Shown one piece after another: positions 55,388 to 64,000 of a DNA stretch of 64,000 nucleotides. Both the position numbers and the translations under genes were made by a program. Each line of letters begins with the position of its first letter. The first letter of the stretch is position 1. The notes below the pieces were generated by a model. That model was not told the DNA's origin, did not search any database, and saw only the letters and a program-made list of their open reading frames with translations. The stretch lies in NCBI GenBank assembly GCA_012295275.1, contig CM022671.1, positions 8,556,001 through 8,620,000 on the forward strand. Reading direction: 5' to 3'. The DNA is from Chrysomallon squamiferum. Lineage: Eukaryota; Animalia; Mollusca.

Positions 55388-57129
55388 TCACCCATCATCA
55401 CTGTTAGAATCTCCTCCTGGTTGCTGCACTTTCTGAAAATAAAACAACAGCAGAAATTAACTAAGTCTTGAAAAATATTTTAAAATAAAATAAAAAATAG
55501 GTATCAAAATATATATGAAGGTAATTTAATTTTTAGACAAGTCCTGCAGTCACACTATTCCTGTCAGCATCTCATGGCTGGTTTACCCAAGTCTGTGGTA
55601 TATTTTTTTTTAATGTTTATGAGGTGGTGAGAAAAGAAGATTACTTGTGCTAATATGCAGAGTACCATAGGATTTTTATATTGCTTTATCGTTATGTAAG
55701 AAATATTTCAATGACACCTAGTATGTATTAACATAAAAATTGGTTTGGATTTCACAAGCAATTCATTTATTCAAACAAAACTAAAACATAAAGAAGTTTT
55801 TTTTTTTTTTTTTTCTTTTTAAAAATGAATCAGTAAATGTGAGATGACCATAGATGTTGATAATCTTCATAAAGAGTAAATTATAAGAAAATATTCACTT
55901 GATAAAGCAACATTTTTGAGATTCTGACATTATTAAAACTACCATAGTTTTTAAAAATATTTATAGCAAAAGCAGCTTCAGTGGCTCATCTTTTCTTCAC
56001 CATGTATTGCAATTTTTAAAATAATGTATCAAAATAAAAGTATCTTCTACCAATATATGATGTATTTATATTTATTTTTCTCCTTAATGGGTAACTAACA
56101 ATGTCAAACAAATACAGGAATTATAATTTAATTACCAAGTTTAAAAGGTCAAGAAGTTTGTATGGGTCTTCTCCTGCTGCCAAATCTACAAAATCTTTAG
56201 GCATAGCAAAGTAAGCATAAGGGTTTGGTTGAAGATCAAAGCAGTTCTTGATGTAACGGAACTCCAAATCCTACAATCAAATATAATTATTCATGTAAAT
56301 TTTTAAATATATATTTCTTAAAAGTAGAAAAAATAAAAAGCTGTTAGTACTAAGCTAACTGTCATCTGTTCATAAATATTATTAATAAAGAATATATATT
56401 TAATAATTATCTTAAACAAACCCTTTCTGCTGTATTCATTTTTCTTATAATTTGGAAAATAAGATAACAGCTTAATATTATTAATATTCTATTAATGTAT
56501 TTTTGATTACATCGAAATTTTATGTTATCATACAATAATTTTTCAGAAAGCAAATAGTTGTGATACATTTTTCTAATCATTTTAAAAAATAATAATAAAT
56601 AAATAAATAAAAACACTTATCTATTAGATTTTAGTATATGTCTGTATTACAACATTCCATATATTTTGATAAAAATTACCCAGACAATAAAATAGCATAT
56701 GTAAAGAAGAAATAGCTGTTTAATATTACAAAGAGATAAATTATTTATTATCTTAAATTTATATAAATAAAACTGTATTCAAAATAATTTTAAAATTTTA
56801 ATTTACCTTTCCACTATTTGAGTCATTCTCCAACTCATCCCAACTGAACAGTAATGGGTCTGTTGTCACACCAAAGGGGTTGAAGTCTAGCAGCAGTAAC
56901 TTCCCCTGAAATACAGCATCTGCCATTTATAAAGAATTTATTTTCTTCAAATAAAAGTTCTTATTATTAACTTGATAAAGAATTAAAAATAATAATAATA
57001 AAACATTTTTTTTTTTTTTAATTATCATTAGCTAAATATGTACACAATAAAATAGTACTAAAGTAAGGAAGTCAAGTTGTTATTAAAATAAAATGTATCA
57101 TGTACAGGCACTATTAGAAGCATATAGTT

Positions 57130-57170
<41 letters not shown>

Positions 57171-60100
57171 CAAATAAAAAAGCTACCTCATCTTCTCTGT
57201 AAACATCAAAAACATCTGAAAAAACAAATAAATAATAAAAAAATATTTTTATTTTCAGCTGCACATTTTAAATAAGATTAAATATTACAGAATGGGTTTC
57301 TTATCCAACGAAAGGACCAATTAATAAAAGATTCAGTTTACAAATAAAGTAGTGAAGTATCTTTGAAGTCTACAAAACACTAGATAAAAAAGATCCCTTG
57401 AAGCTAGCTGGAAATGTTGTCCTGAGAGTGACATAAGTATGTTTCATTGAACATTTTTTTCACTATAAAAATGAGGCTTGTTACCTAATAGCAGTAATAT
57501 CATAAGAGTATGTTTCAGAGTTGTCTCATTTACTTACTCAATACTTACAATTGTGATCAGGAAACTTATTGGCCAGGATGTGGTAGAAGAAAGCTTTGAT
57601 GTCTGATTCTATTGCATCACAGTGTTTGCCTATATAGTCATAGAACTGAATATGGTGTCTTTGAGTTATAGCTGTAAAATAATAAATACATAAACAAAAA
57701 TATGGTATTTTATTATGCATGTTATTATCTGGGTTTTATCTTTTGAGTGACTGCTATATAAATCATCATTATAACTTTCTCTTTATCTGTAGACACTGCT
57801 TTAGCTGTCACAACAAAATATTATCCTCTGAAATGCTTGTAACCATAGCTTGAGAACATTAACTTCATTTTCACAAAGATCAATTTATATATTAACATCA
57901 TTGGTTTTTTTCTTTATTATTTTTTTTATTTTGTGTTACATATATCACTATACTCCTCATGTATGTATGTATGTATTAAATCAAATATAACCAAAATAAT
58001 CAGAAAGTAGTGAATATTTATATATTTTAATATTAATACATCCACAGTTTTATGAAACCTTTTAAAGTGATATACCTGTAAAATTAACTAAGACATATAG
58101 AGTTTCGAGTATCTATATAAAATACATCATCTCATTTTTTAAACTTTTTAAAATGAAGTATCTATAAGTATAAGTAAAGACTTAAATAATAGCAAATATC
58201 TATGTAATTGTAGTATTAATACATCCACGGTGTTATGAAACCTTTTAAAATGAAATACTTGTAAGATATACTTGTAGTATTAATGTATCCAGTATTATTT
58301 TTCAAAACCATTTAAAATGAATTACCGATACGTTTAAGAAAAGATTTATAAAGTAATACATATCTAAACAATTGTAGTGTCAATGCATCCAGTATTATTT
58401 TTTTAAACAAATTAAAATGAAGTACCTATGAGTTTGTTATTCTTGACAAAACATCTGAACTCTGAGCCGTGTTGAACCTCCAGCCACCGGCGTAATACAA
58501 GTTCATATTTCACATCACTGCTTGAACCACAGTCTGAGCAATGGAGAAACCTGAACAAGACACAACACAAAATGTAATCATCACGTTTCACAAAGTGATT
58601 ACTGTACTGTCACTGGTTCAAACTGTCGTTTCCTGTTTTATTATCAGTCTCAAGCAGTTCATAGCTTTGAAGTTGAATGACAGAGTTAACCCAAACAACT
58701 ATGACAGCAATTTGGCTGTGTAGCCATTATAATAGAATTCTGGTCCTAAGCATGAAATGTCACAGGATCAGTCCTCCCAAGTGAGGCCTGTTAGGTAATT
58801 TACCATTCCAACCTACTCAAATGCTTTTTCAAAGGTTTTACAAAAGGGTTTTTCAGTTCATAAAAAAATATATAATAAAATAAAATAAAACCACATTGCT
58901 AATTATTCTTGTTATTATAATCAGATTTTGTTCAAGTGAGTTTTGACATTAAGGATAAAATAAGTCTTACGGTTTGGTGAGGTCATGAGCTATGAAATCA
59001 GAACTCTTCAAAAGAAGATAAATATCACTAGGACATGTGCACTTCAGAGTCTTGTCAAATGAGATCCAGGTAGCATCCTGAAATTAAAACAAACATTTAT
59101 AAAATAACTTGACAAAGTTATTGTAAATATTTAGAAAAAAAACAGATATAAACTTAAATTCAAGCATCTGTATTTAAATAAACATTAAACAAATTTATTT
59201 GAAGATAAATACATCTATCTTTTAAATCAGTTTATTAAAGTGAAATATCATTAAAACAAAATTTCTTTTTTGTTGTTAAGTCATTACTCATACATATACA
59301 TACATAAATTATAATTTATTTATCTTTTTAAAAGAAAACAATTGTAATAACAGTAAAACGTTTTATAAAAAATAATTTACATGAGGATATCTTTGCTTTA
59401 GATACACTGATTCCTGAATGAGTCTTTAAATAATATAATTAGCAACAAGGATTTCTCAATAGCTTTTCTTTGACATTAAACTAACAAGATCTGTAGCTGT
59501 ATTAAAGAAGATTTCTCTACAAACCCTTGGTGCGCTCCAGTTCAACTTAGGAAATACTTTGCCTCCTAATTTTTGTATTGCCTTTTTTACTTCAGCATCA
59601 AACTCTGGAAATTCAGGAGCCTGGATTTCAGAAAAGATAAAACAAACACAATAACTCTTCCATTTTAGGCTGTTTTTGTTTTTAGTTTTAATTAAAAAAA
59701 ATTTTTTTAAAAACTGAACAAAACAAACAAACAAAATATATACGAAAAATTGCCATGTCTCCACTATTAAGTTTCATGTTGCTTAAAGTGAAGAAGAATA
59801 GTTTAAATCTTTTATAATCCAAAAAAAAATATTGAACGCTCACTAACCACTTATACAAAAAGTGTTATGCTGCCATTAAAACTATTTATTCATTTTATAT
59901 ACATATGAAATTATAATAAAATTTAATATAAAGTATTTACCTTGGCTTCTGTGTTTGATGCTTCACTCCAGTCTACCTGGAAAAACACAACATGATGTCA
60001 ATTGTTCATATAACGTCCAGTAATTCAATGTGCAATCAATTATTTAAATAGATAAAAAAAATATATATACATTTCTAAAGTTTTTAACAATACAAAATAA

Positions 60101-61784
60101 AAAACACTTTCTTATTTTAAATTTATATATTAATTTTGTTTTTAAACATACAACTGAAAATAGAATTATATTATTTTTCAAATATAAAGATGATGATATT
60201 TTTAATATGGCTCCTTTTTTTTTAAATTGTAGTATTGTTTAGTCAGATATTTATTTATTTATTTATTTATTTTATATTTTTTTTTTTTTTTATTTTTATT
60301 TTTATTTTTATTTTTTTTTGTTTTTTATAACTCTGTTAATTTTAATAAGCATTTACTGTTTCAAAACATGAATTAAATAATAATAAGTGGTATTAGTATT
60401 TATTTATTTATCCGGTTCATCTATAACTAGTTACACACCTTGCTTGGTTCATCATTTTGATCATCTGATTCTGACTGTTTTCCTCCAACACCATGAACAC
60501 AACTATAAATAAAATAAAATTAAATTAAATCTGTGTTAATAGAATATTAAACTAAAAATAAACATAACATTAATTCTAAGACACTATCATTTGATTATAT
60601 AACTTGTAATATAGTTTATGATGTATTTAAGTGATATAAGCAAATATCATGTATTTGTTTGATAATTTAAAAAATATATATATTTTTGAGATTAAAAATT
60701 GCTGGCTATTAAATCTGTTTTTAGAGTATCACTAATGTCAAAAAATAATAATAATAATAATAATAAAAATTATTTTTGTATTTGAAACAGTATTTTTAAA
60801 AATGGGATTCACTACAGAACTATTCTGTAAAGAAAATTTTAACTAACCCATCTGGTAACACTATTCCATCTGTATGTAAATAATCAATAAATTCTACAGG
60901 CAGAGGTATTATTATACTGAAAATAAAAACAAAAAGTAATTTACAAAACAGTACAATGAAACATCTTCAATAATCAATGCTTTGAAAAATGGTTTGAAAT
61001 GATGAACCCTGTTTATGAACACTGTAGATATTTATTTACTCTCTATATTGTATTTTCAAATTTGAGCAAAGAAACAAACTCATACCAAAATGCATCAGAA
61101 TTGCAGAATTTAACAAATTAATTGAAAGTGAAAGAGAACCAAAGACTCAAAAACAAATTTAAACAACACACATCAAATATCTTATTATCCTGATATATGT
61201 AACAAAAATAGAAAATAAATGAAAGACAAATTATTTAAATAATCTCACTACTCATAATTCTTAATCTCTGTTATTAACACTTACTGTAAAATTTACACAA
61301 TCACAAACAGAAAATAAATTTTTAAACAATAGTTTCCATGACGGAGGGGAAAGAATGTTCCAAAAATAACTTCTGGAAAATATTCAAATAAAAACATTCT
61401 ATCATAATTCAACAATATATTCCACTTGGTTAAAAAATATATATATATTAAGCAATAATTATCACATTTCTTTGGTTTATGCAGCAGAGAAGGGAAATAA
61501 CTCCTACTTCAATTGATGCGTATTAGTCATAAAACTAAATACTCCTCGACAAAAGTCTACTGCTGAGTAGTAAGTCTGCGTCTGATGACGACAAAATAGG
61601 CATAGAATCAATCAATAACTGGACAACATAAATATATCGACAGAAAATGAACATTTATTAAAAGAATAAATATTAAAATTGTCCAGTGTATTCAACTTTC
61701 GTTTTCTCACCTTTTGATTGTGACTTCTTTAAATTTTGAATACCACGTGGAAAAATTGCAGTTCATTACATTTGAAACCTTCAT
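55388..61784 (-). CDS. CDC123: Cell division cycle protein 123 (eIF2 assembly factor, ATP-grasp fold); exons 61711-61784, 60848-60916, 60439-60502, 59941-59976, 59525-59620, 58971-59077, 58426-58550, 57549-57671, 57187-57215, 56807-56905, 56136-56270, 55388-55432
   Basis: [39 protein letters not shown]|[64 protein letters not shown]. All junctions GT-AG and in phase. Confidence 0.96.
58005..58430. repeat. Degenerate direct repeats in a CDC123 intron, adjoining the donor site
   Basis: Recurrent GTAGTATTAATACATCCA...GAAACCTTTTAAAATGAAGTACCT units near 58030, 58210, 58272 and 58372. Confidence 0.7.
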
Positions 61785-62043
61785 TTTGTATGTGTAGCCT
61801 CGACCTATCACAGTGGTTACTCCTTTTATACAAAACGTGACAAGCGGATTTCATCAGCACGTTTTCATCAGAAACTGACGAAATCACCAAACTCACTGTT
61901 TATGTTCCGACTAAATATGTTCTCATTACGCAAAAGAGTTCTTACAAGATTAAATAAATCACTTTTTCTTAAATGTGCATATTTATACTAAAATTGTAAA
62001 TGCTCTATCAATCGTTTTACAGTTAGAAATAATCAAGAATACT

Positions 62044-62046
<3 letters not shown>

Positions 62047-62120
<74 letters not shown>
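62047..62120. repeat. (TC)n microsatellite upstream of CDC123
   Basis: Perfect dinucleotide run about 260 bp upstream of the ATG. Confidence 0.95.
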
Positions 62121-62124
<4 letters not shown>

Positions 62125-63552
62125 AGATTAGTAAGATAATTAATTAGTAATTTTTATTTATTCAAAATAAAACAAAATGATAATAATCCTTTTAACATAC
62201 AGCATTTAATACATGGTAATTACAACATTGCAGTAATAGGGAAACGTTAGTGCTACTACGTATGAACAGAAAGAAAGGTTACCTTTAAGTTATGTAGATT
62301 ACGTAAAAAGCATAAACTATTGCTGAAATTCTACACTCTAAATGTCATGTTTTCTCTGAGTGTAACGAAATATCAAAGAGATTGTTTGTGTGTGTGTGTG
62401 TGTATGTGTGTATGGAGCGGGTAGGTATGTCATGAAGTCTGCGTCATTAAATTACTGCACAAGAACATGTTTAGAATCCAAATGTAAGTGACACTTTGTG
62501 TTAGTCATAAGAGGAATAAACTATACATTACTGGCGTGATTACTCAGCATAAATCAATGCAGTAATTGCTAAGAGGGACATAACAGATCTGCACTTATTT
62601 GACTTTGAAAATCTCTTATTTTCATGACGATGTTTGAGTTTTTAGCGACAGGGCATTTTAAGACCGACGCCATCCATAGAAGATCTTTTCAAAGTTTGAT
62701 AACATAACATTACGAATTAACAATCAGATTCTCCGCAGTTTGATCCTACTAAAGGATTCTGTTTATTTTTACTTTTTATTTTTATTTATTTTTACTTATT
62801 TATTTTTTTATTTATTTTTACTTTATTATTTTTGCTTTATTATTTTTGCTGTATTATTTTATTTTACTTATTACTTTAACATTTTCCATTTATGTTTTAA
62901 AAATCTCAAATTTATGAGGTGGCGCCCTCTAGCATGTGGCGCCCCAGGTTGTCTGCCCGAGTTGCTGATTCCCCCAGTCGTTCCTATACATGTAATACAC
63001 AAGAGTTTTCTTTTCCGAAATATTTTATTTCATTCTTTGGTCCAGATTTTGTCGGGTTTATTTGTTTATTGTTATAATTATTATTATTATATATATATAT
63101 ATAAAATAATAATGATAAAAACTCAAACTTTCACTTCCACAATTTTAGAATAAAAATATGGTGCCATATTTTGTTTCGGATTATCATTATTCAAGAGATA
63201 AACATTAAAGGATAATTCAGAACAAATAATGATTTCCGTCAGAGTGAAGACCTTGAAATATTTTAAAAGATTCAATAATAGTAAGTCGATATCTCTGTCT
63301 CTCACATGGAACTTTGTATTTTATTGTATTTTTTGTGTCATCATTACACAAAAAGTGTATTAATGAATCCTAACAACCGTTAATGAGATGTCTTCAGAAA
63401 TTCAATCTTTCACGTTGTAATAATTGTTAAAAAATCTACATTATTTGTCATTTATTACCTGTAACCAATACTGTTCAAATTTAATTATTTAATTTCTTTT
63501 TTCTTTATTTTTTTTTTTTTTTTTTTAATAATTTTCTTTCTTCCTTTTTTCC

Positions 63553-63595
<43 letters not shown>

Positions 63596-64000
63596 TTTCT
63601 TTGTTTCTTTGTTTTGTTTTTTTTTTTTTTTTTTTTTTTTTTTGTTTACTGTATATTTACAGTCTAAATACTTTAGTTTTTTCTGGTTCTTTATTTATTT
63701 CTTTATTTACCTATTTATTTCTTTTATTTTTTAAATAATTTTCTCTCTTTCTTTCTTTCTTTCTTTCTTCATTCCTTTATTTGTTTTTTTGGTTTATTTC
63801 TTTACTGTATATTTAAAGTCTAAACAGTTTTGTTTTGTGTTCTTTCTTTAATTCTGTCTTTACCTATTTATTTATTTAGTTTTGTTTTGCAGATTATAAA
63901 AAAAAAAAAAAAAAAATTATCTGACTGATAATCCTTGATGACATTATTATTTTCTATACAGGAATCTTCCGCTGCAGTGGAACAGATAAAACTGTTTTAA

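Noticed and set aside
63955-64000. Possible exon start (TACAG|GAATCTTCC...) at the window edge
   Set aside because: Too short to support a gene call.

Overview
AT-rich (~70% AT by eye), intron-containing animal genomic DNA. It is probably a mollusc: SINE-like fragments resemble gastropod SINEs from memory, which is an inference. I rebuilt six conserved genes exon by exon from GT-AG sites and frame continuity: DCLRE1B/Apollo (-), MRPS33 (+), LRGUK (-), intronless mitochondrial EF-Tu (+), a C3orf20/FAM194-family gene (+) and CDC123 (-). Two pairs are head-to-head. The best leads are: (1) a compact locus at ~1.8-3.0 kb that the ORF track splits into pieces and that appears to join a hydrophobic N-terminal segment, a coiled coil and a C-terminal Rab11-FIP3/4-type Rab-binding motif; (2) two minor-spliceosome (U12-type GT-AG) introns, one in LRGUK and one in the C3orf20-like gene, both genes having X-box-like promoter motifs; (3) a His-to-Met change in the EF-Tu aminoacyl pocket; (4) paired long hairpins built from a splice-acceptor-derived minisatellite in a LRGUK intron; (5) Tigger-family elements in introns. 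All identifications come from reading the sequence and recalled motifs; no database searches were run.
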